A stretch of 64,000 nucleotides of DNA from an uncultured virus (IMG/VR IMGVR_UViG_3300021963_000092) (lineage: Duplodnaviria; Heunggongvirae; Uroviricota; Caudoviricetes): positions 1 to 64,000 of IMG/VR virus record IMGVR_UViG_3300021963_000092, one strand, 5' to 3'. Position numbers and translations under genes: made by a program. The notes beneath the pieces are model-generated. The model was given only the letters and a program-made list of their open reading frames with translations. It did no database searches and had not been told where the DNA came from. This document shows, one piece after another, positions 18,483-29,585 of this stretch. Each line of letters opens with the position of its first letter. The first letter of the stretch is position 1.

Positions 18483-20155
18483 CCACGACTAGAATAACAG
18501 AAAAACTATCAGCGATAGTTAGCAATCAAGTACCTGAGTTTGTACAGAGCGACTTTCCTACATTTGTTGCTTTCGTAGAAGCATACTATAAGTTTTTAGA
18601 GCAAGATAGCGGTGCACAAGAAGTTTTACAAAACGCTCTTTCATATAATGATGTTGATAGAACTATAACTAGCTTTATAGAGAATTTTCAAAGACAGTAC
18701 TGCGACGATATACCTAGAATTGCCTCCTTAGATAAGAAAGTTTTAGTTAAAAAAATAAAAGATCTGTATACAAGTAAAGGTACCGAAAAAGGTTTTCATT
18801 TACTTTTTAGATTATTATTTGATAAAGAGGTAGAAGTTTATTACCCGTCTAATCAAATACTTAGAGCATCTGACGGCAAATGGATTCAAAGAAGTTCAAT
18901 TTTTCTCCAAACTGTATACGGTAATCCTGATACAATCTTAGATAAAAACGTACTAATTACATCGGATACATCTCAGTATACTTTATTTGTTCAAGAAAAA
19001 GATATATGCTCTTCTCTTGCCGGTATAAGTGAAGATATATTTGAATTTTTTATTGATAATAGACAGAACGTTCCAATTAATGTAGGGGATAGAGTTGAAG
19101 CCCCTAATTATAAAGGGATTGTAATCGCTGTACCTAATAAGTTTACAATTTCAAACCCCGGGACAGGCTTCAGAGTGGGCGATGTTTTTACTTTAGAAGC
19201 CGGTGCAGGTAATACCACAAGAATTAAAGTAACTAAAATATCTACTGGTGGGGGTATTGTAAACGTACAGCTAGTAAGTTCTGGTATAGGATACACTAGT
19301 GATTTTTATAATTTCTTTACCTCTTCTACGCGTGCGCCCGCATCTACAACCTTTACCTTCATTGGTGGTGCAGCTACTATTACAGATAGCACTAGAGGTT
19401 TTGTAGATCGTGGTACAGTATCACTAGAAGGTAATTATGCTCTAAGTTATTTCGCTGAAGATTTTACTGGTACTTTATTAAGAGACTTTGTAACTTCTAC
19501 AGCCATATCAGATCTAGGATCAACATCTCTTGGCTCATTATCTGACGCTTCCATATTCGTAGAGCTTGGCTCAGTAATTAATTATCCAGGTCATTATGAT
19601 ACTACAGATGGCTTCTTAAGTGATGTTATGTATCTTGAGGACGATGCCTATTATCAACCGTATTCTTATGTTCTCCGTATAGACGAACGGTTAGAAAAAT
19701 ACAAAAAAGCAGTGATGGATATTATTCATCCTGCAGGTACACGAATGTTTGGTGAGTTAGTCCTTGAATCTAATTTCAACGTTATTACTGAAATAGCGTC
19801 AACTGTTAACTTCTTAAGAAGTATACTTACAGACTCTTATTCTGCTGTTGACTCTCTTCAATATAGTATGTCTAAGATCTTATCGGACAATACTACACCA
19901 AATGATAACTTTACCTATCTGTACGGGGCAGTTCAAGCCAGTAACACAACCGTATCCGATTTTCATGTTTTAGAAATCTCTAGTAATATAGAAAGCAATA
20001 TTTCTATTACTGATTCGTTATCGTTGGATATATCGTTAAATTTCATTACAACTGAAGCACCGTATGCTTCAGAGTATTTCTTAGAAGACTATGTTGAAAA
20101 TCTAAGTGCAAGCTTTATATCTTTCAGCGATGAAATAGATATAACTGTATCGTAG
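18479..20155 (+). CDS. baseplate wedge subunit (gp7-like)
   Basis: QVPEFV, KDLYTSKGT, ILRASDGKW, YYQPYSYV, HPAGTRMFG; follows gp6. Confidence 0.75.
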   Translation: MTTTRITEKLSAIVSNQVPEFVQSDFPTFVAFVEAYYKFLEQDSGAQEVLQNALSYNDVDRTITSFIENFQRQYCDDIPRIASLDKKVLVKKIKDLYTSKGTEKGFHLLFRLLFDKEVEVYYPSNQILRASDGKWIQRSSIFLQTVYGNPDTILDKNVLITSDTSQYTLFVQEKDICSSLAGISEDIFEFFIDNRQNVPINVGDRVEAPNYKGIVIAVPNKFTISNPGTGFRVGDVFTLEAGAGNTTRIKVTKISTGGGIVNVQLVSSGIGYTSDFYNFFTSSTRAPASTTFTFIGGAATITDSTRGFVDRGTVSLEGNYALSYFAEDFTGTLLRDFVTSTAISDLGSTSLGSLSDASIFVELGSVINYPGHYDTTDGFLSDVMYLEDDAYYQPYSYVLRIDERLEKYKKAVMDIIHPAGTRMFGELVLESNFNVITEIASTVNFLRSILTDSYSAVDSLQYSMSKILSDNTTPNDNFTYLYGAVQASNTTVSDFHVLEISSNIESNISITDSLSLDISLNFITTEAPYASEYFLEDYVENLSASFISFSDEIDITVS

Positions 20156-20160
20156 TTTAT

Positions 20161-20168
20161 TATAAATA
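20161..20168 (+). promoter_or_regulatory. T4-type late promoter TATAAATA
   Basis: Exact consensus, intergenic, upstream of AGGAG RBS. Confidence 0.75.
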
Positions 20169-20193
20169 ATAGAATATCCCGTAGGAGAAACTA

Positions 20194-20658
20194 ATGCTAA
20201 CCTTTAATGAAGATATTTCCAACAATCTAAAAGTTGTTGGCGATTTAATTGTTGTAAAGACATCAGAAGTTGATGGTGCGAGAGAAGAGTACCATCACAA
20301 GAATCTTGTGGTTACTGCAGGTAAGTCGGTAATTGCCGCTCGCCTAGCAGGTAATACCGCTGCTGTTATGAGCCATATGGCAGTAGGAACTGGTAATACA
20401 TCACCTGTAGTTGGCAATACAACTCTAGAAACTGAGCTTGCTAGAGTGGCACTAACGGTTGCGGGTGGTTCCCCATCATCAAATACTATTTCGTATTCTG
20501 CATCTTATCCTGCAGGTACAGGTACAGGTGCGCTTGCTGAGGCTGGCATTTTTAACAATGGTACCACGGGTTCAATGTTGTGTAGAACTGTGTTCCCCGT
20601 AATTAATAAATCTGCAAGTGATGCTATTACGATTACCTGGACGATCTCGATAGTATAA
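20194..20658 (+). CDS. virion structural protein (tail collar / fibre-attachment-like)
   Basis: KNLVVTAG, HMAVGTG, L.TELAR, EAGIFN, ITITW pattern. Confidence 0.6.
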   Translation: MLTFNEDISNNLKVVGDLIVVKTSEVDGAREEYHHKNLVVTAGKSVIAARLAGNTAAVMSHMAVGTGNTSPVVGNTTLETELARVALTVAGGSPSSNTISYSASYPAGTGTGALAEAGIFNNGTTGSMLCRTVFPVINKSASDAITITWTISIV

Positions 20659-20659
20659 C

Positions 20660-23251
20660 ATGTCATCTACCACTCTAACTAAACCACTGCTATTTACAAC
20701 AGTAGCAGATGCTGTTTATGACGAAGTTACCTCGAGAGCAGGTAAGTACTTCTATTTTATTGGTCAAGTAGTTGAGTGGGATGATCCAGATAATCCCCCT
20801 ACCCCGGTTGATTCACCTTCATACGAACAATACGTTCGCCGAAGAATAGTTTCAGTAAAGCAGGTGCAACCGGGGGATGTTAGCTATGTCGTTGACCGGG
20901 TTAATTGGACCGCTAATACTGTTTATGATATGTATGATGATCAATGCTCAGATCAAATTATAGGTATTAATTTAATAAACGGTGGATCAAATTATAGCGC
21001 TAATACTGCTATATCTATTACCGGGGGCAACGGTATAGGTGCGACTGCTAATCTTACGATTACAGACGGTGTGATAACTGCGATAACGATGCTTAATAAT
21101 GGATATGGTTATACAAATAATGTTGCTAATATTAGTATTAACATAACAGATACTTACGGGTCCGGTGCTCTAGCTAACGCGGTTTTAGGGTATTCTTACT
21201 CTGGCGCTAATACTATACAAGACGCAAACTTCTATGTATTAACTGAAGATTATCATATCTACAAATGTCTAAACAACAACAATGATTCACTGTCAACAGT
21301 TAAGCCTATCTCCACTCAACCTGAACCGTTTACACTCAGCGACGGGTACAAATGGAAATTTATAGGTACGATTCCCCTGTCCTTACAGAGTAAGTTTTTA
21401 TCCGCAACAAAAATGCCGGTTAAAACATCGCTTAGCGATCAATTTTATTCTAGCGGGGAAATTAGAAAAATTAATATAATTAATTCCGGGGATAACTATA
21501 CATATGCTTCCCTGGTAGTTGTAGGTGATGGTTATCAGGAAGATAATCCATGTGTTATTATTCAAGCCGTTGTCGAGAATGCTGGTAGTGGGTATTACTC
21601 TGGTAATACTACAGTAACTATAGAACCCCCTATTTCAGGTACAACAAACTGGTTATCATCAAATACATACTTTACAGGTCAGTATTTAAATTTTCAAAAC
21701 AACATTTACGAAGTTGTAAAATCTGGCATATCAGGTGCATCTGGCCCCGTACATACTCGTGGTACAACAAGCAATGGAACCGTAGGATTAAAATACAGAG
21801 CTACAACATTCACTGCTAATGCTAACGTTACAGCTGCTGGTACTATCGATACACTTAAAGATTTAAACGGGGCTGTTAGTTATATTACTCTAAGCGAAGG
21901 TGGATCGGGGTATCTTGATGCTCCTAATGTTACTATATCAGGGGGAGGAGGTACCGGGGCATCTGCTATTACTACGTTGAATGGTAATTCTGTAGGCAGA
22001 GTTGTAATGGTTAGCAGCGGTAAAGATTTTACTACTGCACCTACAGTTGTGATAGGAAGCGGTTGGGTAGCTAATGCTAACTTAGATATAAACACACAGG
22101 TATATTACAACACAAGGTTGTACACCTGCACAGCAGGGGGAACTGCTAATGCAACCCCGCCAACACATACTACAGGTACTCAGACATTCGGAACAGCTAA
22201 CTTAGCGTATGCTGGGTTTAGAGCAACCGCAACAGCCACTTTAAAGTACGGCTCAGGATACAATCGTATACCAAACGTTACCATCACCGGAGCTGGCTCT
22301 AACGCAACAGCGGTGTTGAGAGGAGAAAAATCAGAAGCTATTATTTACCCTGTTGTTGATGGGGGTAAAATAGTTAATTTTCAGATACAAGATGGTGGTA
22401 TAGGTTATACTTACGCATCAGTAACTGCAGAAGGGGATGGTGATAACGCTGAATTCGAGGTATCCTTTGTTGAAGGTGATGTTGATTCCGTACAAGCAAC
22501 GAGCGAAATATTAGCCGTACCGGGTGCTATTCATGCTATTAAAGTTGTATCACAAGGATATAACTACCCGGGTAACGTAACTGTTACAGTGAATGGTAAT
22601 GGTACGGGATGTACCGCAAATGCAACAGTAATCAACGGAAGGGTAACTAAAATAAATGTACTGACTGAAGGGCAAAACTACACTGAAGCAGATGTAGTTA
22701 TTACCTCTAATACTACAGGTGCAGGCGCTGCGGCAAGACCTATAATTGCCCCATACTACGGTCACGGTAGAGATCCAGTATCAGAACTCCACGCGAGATC
22801 GCTTGCTTTCTATACAACAATAGGTACTGATAAAAATCAGGGTTTAGTTGTAACGAACGATTTTCGACAAATTGGTCTTATTAAAGATATGCGTCGCTAC
22901 GGCGATACTGGATTTTTTAATAACATTACCGGCTCAGCTTGCTGGTTAGTTTCTGGTAACGTTAACACATCTGTATTCACGGAAGATGCAATTATAAGCA
23001 GAGTGTCCGATGGTGCAACATTTAAAATTATTACCTCAGAAAATAATGCTATGCTGCTTACACCGTTAGAAGATAAAGCCCCAGCAGCTAACGATACGTT
23101 TACTTACTTAGGTAATACGGTGTTCGCTACTGATATAACTACTCCAGATGTTGATAAATATTCTGGCAAGATAATTTATATAGATAATCGCCTTGCATTT
23201 ACACCCACTGAAAATCAATCAATATCAATAAAATCCGTATTCACTTATTAA
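20660..23251 (+). CDS. gp8: baseplate wedge gp8-like, expanded with inserted repeat domains
   Basis: R.NW...TVYDMY, NFYVLT....IYKCL.NN, DGYKWKF, GHG.DP..EL, NDFRQIGLI, SG.IIYIDNR. Confidence 0.8.
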   Translation: MSSTTLTKPLLFTTVADAVYDEVTSRAGKYFYFIGQVVEWDDPDNPPTPVDSPSYEQYVRRRIVSVKQVQPGDVSYVVDRVNWTANTVYDMYDDQCSDQIIGINLINGGSNYSANTAISITGGNGIGATANLTITDGVITAITMLNNGYGYTNNVANISINITDTYGSGALANAVLGYSYSGANTIQDANFYVLTEDYHIYKCLNNNNDSLSTVKPISTQPEPFTLSDGYKWKFIGTIPLSLQSKFLSATKMPVKTSLSDQFYSSGEIRKINIINSGDNYTYASLVVVGDGYQEDNPCVIIQAVVENAGSGYYSGNTTVTIEPPISGTTNWLSSNTYFTGQYLNFQNNIYEVVKSGISGASGPVHTRGTTSNGTVGLKYRATTFTANANVTAAGTIDTLKDLNGAVSYITLSEGGSGYLDAPNVTISGGGGTGASAITTLNGNSVGRVVMVSSGKDFTTAPTVVIGSGWVANANLDINTQVYYNTRLYTCTAGGTANATPPTHTTGTQTFGTANLAYAGFRATATATLKYGSGYNRIPNVTITGAGSNATAVLRGEKSEAIIYPVVDGGKIVNFQIQDGGIGYTYASVTAEGDGDNAEFEVSFVEGDVDSVQATSEILAVPGAIHAIKVVSQGYNYPGNVTVTVNGNGTGCTANATVINGRVTKINVLTEGQNYTEADVVITSNTTGAGAAARPIIAPYYGHGRDPVSELHARSLAFYTTIGTDKNQGLVVTNDFRQIGLIKDMRRYGDTGFFNNITGSACWLVSGNVNTSVFTEDAIISRVSDGATFKIITSENNAMLLTPLEDKAPAANDTFTYLGNTVFATDITTPDVDKYSGKIIYIDNRLAFTPTENQSISIKSVFTY

Positions 23252-23260
23252 AGGTAGGTC

Positions 23261-26200
23261 ATGACGCTGGAATTTAATGCCGCCCCATACTATGATGATT
23301 TTAGCGAATCTAAAGGCTTCTATCGTATTCTTTTTAGACCTGGTCGTGCAGTCCAGGCTAGAGAATTAACTCAGCTTCAAACTCAAATACAGACTCAAAT
23401 TGGTTATTTGGGTAAGCACTTTTTTAAAGAAGGTTCGCTTGTATTAAACGGACAGCAGCAAATTGACTACTACTATAAGTTTGTTAAACTTACAGCAGCA
23501 GATAACGGAATTATCGAAAGTTTGGTAGGTAGTAAGATAACCGGTCAAACATCAGGTGTTAACGCTATTATTCTGAAAGCAGTTAAATCAGAAAATAACG
23601 ATCCTCCCACTATCTATGTAAAGTATCTTGATTCAGGTACAAGTAGAACAGCTACCGGGTTTACAGCGAGCGAAACACTTCAAGTCGCTGATTCTACAAC
23701 CACACTAACAGTTGCATCATCTAGCGCTACGGGTGTAGGTACAGCCTTAACTATTCGTTCCGGGGTTATATTTACAAAGAATAATCTTGTTTATTTTGAC
23801 GAACAAACTGTTTTAATCTCAAAATATACCGGTGGTGAATCAGCCGGTCTTAATAAAGTGGCTGGCTTTGTAATAACAGAATCTTTTATAACAAGTCAAG
23901 ATGATATTGATCTATTAGACCCAGCTTTAGGATCTTCAAATTATTTTGCCCCTGGAGCCGATCGCTATTCAATTACTCTTACTTTAGAAGCTAGAGATTT
24001 AACTGCAACTGCCGCAGACGATGTTAATTTTATAGAACTTCTTAGAATAGAAGATGGTTTTGTTGTAAATCAAAAAATAAACACAGATTACAACGTTCTA
24101 GGTGATACACTAGCTAGAAGAACATATGATGAGTCAGGTAATTATGTTGTTAGACCTTATGGCTTAGAGCTTATCGAACATCTAAGAACAAGCAATACCA
24201 GCGTACGAGATGGTTTACTTACCGCAAACGTTAACGGCAATAGTCAATTATTTGTTAACGTTATAACCCCAGGTAAAGCGTATGTGCAAGGGTATGAAAT
24301 AGATAATCTAAAGACCCGTTATCTTAATGCAACGAAGGCACGAGATTTCATATCCCTAAACAACTCTCCAGTATCGCTTACTGTCGGAAACTATATTCTA
24401 ATTACGGGGATGTATTCAGCACCAGATTTTACAACTTTAAGTCGCGTAAAACTCTATAATACCTACACTGCAGCTAATGGTACTGCTTCCGGTACACAAG
24501 TAGGTACAGCAAGAGTTAGACATATCGAGTATGTTTCTGGATCAGGTTCATCCGCTATTTACAAATGCTACTTATTCGATATATCCATGAGCACTGGTTA
24601 TGTGTTCGAGCAGGATGTTAGGCAACTATTTTTTGATAATTCTTCTGGAGCAGACTTTACCGCAAACGTTTCTGCGTCTACTGTGTTGCTTACCGGTTCA
24701 ATTAATACTACTAATGGCTCAACAACTGTCACTGGTACCGGTACTCGCTTCACTACCGAGCTTAGTACCGGGGACTATTTAAGAGTTAACGGCAACACCA
24801 TACTTGTATCTTCGATTACCAGTGATGTAGCATTAGTTGCTAGCGCAGCAGTAGTAGGCAATCTCTCTGGTGTGGCGGGATTTGTTGAGCAGGCAACTGT
24901 AAGTGATACTCAATACGATACTTTCATTTATCCGTTCCCGTATGAGTCTATTAAAGAAGTCGATCCTACAAACATTGAAACTGTATATACCACGAAAAGA
25001 TACTATAACAGAACCCTGACAACCGGCTCTGTTACTATTACCGCTGGTACAGATGAAACTTTTGCAGGATTTTCTACTCAAAATTATCTTATTATTGATA
25101 GAACGACAGGCGCAATTCCCCCGCTTTATTCCTCTAACATTACTATAGGGGGCGGAGGTACAACACTAACTATTACATTAGGTGCGAGCTTTGGCTCGGA
25201 CACTATCACAGTAATGGCTACAGTAGATAAGACTAACTCTGCTGCTGACAAGAAAGTAAAGACTTTAGTTACCGGAACTACTGTAGACTTTACAACTAGC
25301 AATACCGCAGCTTTGTCTACACTTTCTCTTGGTCAGGCAGATATCTTCGAACTAACAAGCGTTAGCATGTCCGCTAACGCTTTTGGAACAGCATATTCAT
25401 CTTCTAATGCTACAGATATTACTGATCGATACACACTAGACAGCGGTCAAAGACTTACACATTATGATCTTGGATCCATAAGTCTAAAGCCTGGTCAGCC
25501 AAAACCAACCGGCCCAGTAAGAGTTACATATAGCTACTTTACCCACTCAGCAGGCGATTACTTCTCGGTATCATCTTATGCGGGTATTGATTATAAAGAT
25601 ATACCATCTTTTACATCTGGGGATGTTACTTATCAGCTAAGAGATTGCTTAGATTTTAGACCTAGAATAAATACCGATGGTGCTACATTCGTTACCCCAT
25701 CTGAAATTCCCGAACCTAACGACACTCTCTTCACAGATTATTCTTATTATCTAGCTAGAACAGATAAGATAGTTTTAGATAGCACTGGGTCGCTTAAATA
25801 CATAGCTGGAACAAGTTCGTTAGACCCTAAAGAACCTAAGACCCCTGACAACTCAATGCTTCTTTATGTTCTTAAGCAGAAGCCTTATGTCTTTGATCTG
25901 CAACAAGATATTGATATTACAATAATTGATAACAAACGCTATACGATGAGAGATATCGGTCGTATAGAAAATCGGGTTAAAAATCTAGAATACTATACAA
26001 CTTTATCTCTTCTTGAAAAAGATACAGAGTCTTTCCAAATTCAAGATAGTCTAGGTTTTGATAGATTTAAAAACGGGTTCTTAGTCGATAACTTTGAAGG
26101 TCATAGAGTCGGGGATACCACAAACCCTGATTATAAGATTGCCATGGACTTTAATAAGAGGGAAATTCGCCCTAAGTTCTCTCAAAAAACTTTAAGATTA

Positions 26201-29200
26201 AAAGAACTTAATACATCTACAAGCCAAAGAACTTCTAATAATTATGCACTTACTGGCAATGTAATTACATTCCCGTATACAAGTAATGTCATAGCTCAGA
26301 ATAATGCAGCAAGTAGACGCGAAAATATCAATCCATTTAGCGTCGTTAACTTCACTGGTTCTATTGAATTAAACCCTCCTTCTGACATCTGGTTTGATAC
26401 TGTTCGTGCTCCTGCAGTATATAAAGATCAAAATGAAAATCTTTCTACTCTAACTAATAGTAATGCATCGTTTGAAACTATATGGGGTGACTGGCGCGAA
26501 GTATGGTACGGTAATGATCGTGTCGAAGAGAGAACTGGTACGAGATATACAGTTGCTGAAACAGTAGATAATACATCAACTAATGATGTTGTAATATCGA
26601 AAGTTGTTATTCCAAAAATGAGAAGTATTGTAATTAATTTTGTTGGCAGGGGGTTAAAGCCTAACACTAAACTTAATGCTTACTTTGATAATTATAATGT
26701 TACTCAATTCTGCAGAGGTAATGTTGCTGTAAGCGGTAACGTATTCGCTGACATGGCAATCAATAAAGGTAATCTATACACGAATTATCAAGGGGTAGTT
26801 ACCGGTGCTTTTTATTATGATAGCGCGTTCTTACAATTACCTACCGGGGATAAAATCTTTAGATTATCTGATTCTACCACGAACGGGAATGATAGCGAGA
26901 CTCAAGCAGAAGCTATATTTAAGTCCTCAGGTGAATTAATTCGACTTGCACCTACAGCAGCTGAAACAGTGTATGATAGAAGAGACGTACCAGATGTTAC
27001 TGTACGCCCCGGGGGTGAGAACATAGTAGAACCTGCTTCTACCCCACCGCCTACAATTTCTGATGGTATTGTAAGCTATGCATTTAGAATACCCGTAGAT
27101 CAAGAAACAGCTACTAAGTGGGAAGAAAAAGGCACATTAACAACAATTTTAGATAATACTAATACAGTAGCTGCTACTGCTGAAAAAGCCGTCGCGGCTA
27201 GCTATATCGATTCAGGTGGCGGTATAGACGTCTACAGTATTGATGACGATCTTAGAACTGGTGCATATGTACCGTCAGCAGAAACATTAGCTGCATTTAA
27301 TGCGGTTCATGAGATGGTATCAGATGGCTGGGCCCGCGGATTACAACAGCACGGTACCGAACAATCGCAGGGCGGTGTTCAATCTTGGATTAATAGAGGA
27401 TTGGATGAAGCTGCTGCCATACGTGCAGCTTCTATTGAGATAACTGCTGCGTTAATTGCCAGAGACTCAATCCCTGATGGGGCTGGATATAAAGATTTTG
27501 TTCTTTCTATCGTTAATAATAGTGATGCAGATACAGATAACATAGCTGCCACAGCAGCACCATCAATATCTACTGGTAGAGTGTGCTACGGTACAGACCC
27601 GTTAGCGCAAACATTCGCAATATCCGGATCCCCGGTTTATCTCAGTAAGGTAGATTTATTCTTCTACTCGAAGGATGAAGTCCTACCTATGTTTGTAGAG
27701 ATTAGACCTCTAGTTGCAGGTATTCCATCGCAAACAGTAGTTCCATTCTCGCGCGTTGTAGTACAGCCAAGTCAAATTACTACATCGACCGATGGTCAGA
27801 CAGCAACTACAATTTATTTTGATGGTCTAGTTTATCTCGAACCGGGACAATATTCAATTGTATTGTTAACCAGCTCTATTAACTACAGCGTCTGGATCTC
27901 TCAGATAGGTGAAACTGATGTATATACTAATCGTGTTATATCAGAGCAACCGTTCGTAGGTGTTCTATATAAGTCTCAAAATGCTGTTTCTTGGACCCCA
28001 GATCAACTGCAAGATCTTAAGTTTAAATTATATAACGCGGAGTTTACTAGCACTAGCGGTACCCTGGATCTTGTGGTTAACCCAGCAGAATACTCTAATA
28101 AAAAATTAGGTAGCGACCCGTTAGAAGTTTATCCTAACAAGACTACAATGAAAGTACTTCACAGTGATCACGGTCTTACCAACGGCTCGTATGTAGTATT
28201 AAGTGGTTTTGATTTAGATGGTATGCGTGCTAATGTTGCCATAGGTAATATATTTGGAATTAACGTTGATACAGTAAGCGGAGTTCAGTTTGCAGTCTCT
28301 AACGTTAAGCCTAACTCATACACCATCAACTTACCGTCAACACCTAGCGTTACCTCTGTAACTCGTGGTGGTGGCGCAGGACTGTTTGCTACTCAGGATG
28401 TTAAGTACGACACGATATACCCTGCTATATCTACTTTAACTCCAGCTGGTACAGACGTAGTGTACAAGCTTAAAGGTACATCTGTAGGATATACAATTGA
28501 TTCTAGCTTTACTACTCTAACAAAAGATGACACAGAGTTGTCAGCTACTAAAGTTTTAGCAGGAAATACAAATATAAGCGCGAGCATGTCAGGTCAAAGA
28601 CCGTTAACTCTTCGTCTTGAAATGTCCTCCGATTCTTCTACACTCTCTCCGGTTATTGATATACAATCTCTTGGTGCAGTATTTGTAAATAATATAGTGA
28701 ATTCTCCAACATATGCAAATGAAAATCTCTCATCTGAAATCGTTACAGTTGCAAGATCAGCAAACATTTATTTTACAAATATATCTACAACAACTGGATA
28801 CATAACTATACCTGATGCCCTAGATAAAGCAAATGCCGCTACTATTACCAAAGGTACAACTGTCACAGTATCTAATTCAAACGTTAATTCTAATACTTTT
28901 AGAGTACTCGATGTTCTTGATGACGGGGCAAACATTAAAGTTTATGGTACAATAACCAATGCTGCTGCAGCTAACGTAATCACAGTAACGAACGGTATTG
29001 CTTTTGTAGCTGAAGAAGCGGTTACCGGGGGGTCAGCTCTCGCTAAGTACATTACTAAGCAGGTAGATTTCTTAAATCCGTCCACATCTCTCAATCTGCG
29101 TTTAGATATCGCTAAACCATCTGACGGAGATTTAAAGATCTACTACAAGCTTAAACTACCAAGTGATACTACAATTAAAGATAAGGAATATACCGAGCTT

Positions 29201-29368
29201 ACTGGTTTAACTATTCCTAACTCTATAGGTGGTGAATATTATGAAGTTGAAAAACAGATAGATAATTTAACCCCATTTACTGGCATAGTTCTAAAGATTG
29301 TATTACTATCTACAAATAGCGCTAAGCCCCCTAAGTGTAAAAATCTGAGGTTAGTTGCTCTCGCATAA
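23261..29368 (+). CDS. large virion structural protein (DUF4815 / VrlC-like)
   Basis: PYYDDF...FYRILFRPGRAVQARELTQLQ, APGADR, ARRTYDESGNY, YTMRDIG, RFKNGFLVDNF, DPLAQTF. Confidence 0.85.
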   Translation: MTLEFNAAPYYDDFSESKGFYRILFRPGRAVQARELTQLQTQIQTQIGYLGKHFFKEGSLVLNGQQQIDYYYKFVKLTAADNGIIESLVGSKITGQTSGVNAIILKAVKSENNDPPTIYVKYLDSGTSRTATGFTASETLQVADSTTTLTVASSSATGVGTALTIRSGVIFTKNNLVYFDEQTVLISKYTGGESAGLNKVAGFVITESFITSQDDIDLLDPALGSSNYFAPGADRYSITLTLEARDLTATAADDVNFIELLRIEDGFVVNQKINTDYNVLGDTLARRTYDESGNYVVRPYGLELIEHLRTSNTSVRDGLLTANVNGNSQLFVNVITPGKAYVQGYEIDNLKTRYLNATKARDFISLNNSPVSLTVGNYILITGMYSAPDFTTLSRVKLYNTYTAANGTASGTQVGTARVRHIEYVSGSGSSAIYKCYLFDISMSTGYVFEQDVRQLFFDNSSGADFTANVSASTVLLTGSINTTNGSTTVTGTGTRFTTELSTGDYLRVNGNTILVSSITSDVALVASAAVVGNLSGVAGFVEQATVSDTQYDTFIYPFPYESIKEVDPTNIETVYTTKRYYNRTLTTGSVTITAGTDETFAGFSTQNYLIIDRTTGAIPPLYSSNITIGGGGTTLTITLGASFGSDTITVMATVDKTNSAADKKVKTLVTGTTVDFTTSNTAALSTLSLGQADIFELTSVSMSANAFGTAYSSSNATDITDRYTLDSGQRLTHYDLGSISLKPGQPKPTGPVRVTYSYFTHSAGDYFSVSSYAGIDYKDIPSFTSGDVTYQLRDCLDFRPRINTDGATFVTPSEIPEPNDTLFTDYSYYLARTDKIVLDSTGSLKYIAGTSSLDPKEPKTPDNSMLLYVLKQKPYVFDLQQDIDITIIDNKRYTMRDIGRIENRVKNLEYYTTLSLLEKDTESFQIQDSLGFDRFKNGFLVDNFEGHRVGDTTNPDYKIAMDFNKREIRPKFSQKTLRLKELNTSTSQRTSNNYALTGNVITFPYTSNVIAQNNAASRRENINPFSVVNFTGSIELNPPSDIWFDTVRAPAVYKDQNENLSTLTNSNASFETIWGDWREVWYGNDRVEERTGTRYTVAETVDNTSTNDVVISKVVIPKMRSIVINFVGRGLKPNTKLNAYFDNYNVTQFCRGNVAVSGNVFADMAINKGNLYTNYQGVVTGAFYYDSAFLQLPTGDKIFRLSDSTTNGNDSETQAEAIFKSSGELIRLAPTAAETVYDRRDVPDVTVRPGGENIVEPASTPPPTISDGIVSYAFRIPVDQETATKWEEKGTLTTILDNTNTVAATAEKAVAASYIDSGGGIDVYSIDDDLRTGAYVPSAETLAAFNAVHEMVSDGWARGLQQHGTEQSQGGVQSWINRGLDEAAAIRAASIEITAALIARDSIPDGAGYKDFVLSIVNNSDADTDNIAATAAPSISTGRVCYGTDPLAQTFAISGSPVYLSKVDLFFYSKDEVLPMFVEIRPLVAGIPSQTVVPFSRVVVQPSQITTSTDGQTATTIYFDGLVYLEPGQYSIVLLTSSINYSVWISQIGETDVYTNRVISEQPFVGVLYKSQNAVSWTPDQLQDLKFKLYNAEFTSTSGTLDLVVNPAEYSNKKLGSDPLEVYPNKTTMKVLHSDHGLTNGSYVVLSGFDLDGMRANVAIGNIFGINVDTVSGVQFAVSNVKPNSYTINLPSTPSVTSVTRGGGAGLFATQDVKYDTIYPAISTLTPAGTDVVYKLKGTSVGYTIDSSFTTLTKDDTELSATKVLAGNTNISASMSGQRPLTLRLEMSSDSSTLSPVIDIQSLGAVFVNNIVNSPTYANENLSSEIVTVARSANIYFTNISTTTGYITIPDALDKANAATITKGTTVTVSNSNVNSNTFRVLDVLDDGANIKVYGTITNAAAANVITVTNGIAFVAEEAVTGGSALAKYITKQVDFLNPSTSLNLRLDIAKPSDGDLKIYYKLKLPSDTTIKDKEYTELTGLTIPNSIGGEYYEVEKQIDNLTPFTGIVLKIVLLSTNSAKPPKCKNLRLVALA

Positions 29369-29574
29369 TGAAATTAAAAGTAGAAGGTAAACCAAATTTA
29401 GTAAGAGACTCAGCCTCGAAAGCGATCATAAATACTGATCAAGCAGGTCTGAATACTTACTTAGAAAAGAAGAAACTTTTTGAAACAGTCTTAAAACAAC
29501 AGCAACGAATTGAGTTGCTTGAAAATGAAGTCAAAAAGATTAATGCATTACTTATAAATAGTAATATAGTGTAA
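29368..29574 (+). CDS. small conserved coiled-coil phage protein
   Basis: KVEG..NLVRD..SKAIINTD; TAATG coupling to upstream gene. Confidence 0.7.
   Translation: MKLKVEGKPNLVRDSASKAIINTDQAGLNTYLEKKKLFETVLKQQQRIELLENEVKKINALLINSNIV
29553..29560 (+). promoter_or_regulatory. T4-type late promoter TATAAATA
   Basis: Exact consensus 25 nt upstream of the 29586 start. Confidence 0.65.
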
Positions 29575-29585
29575 CGAGAAATTAA

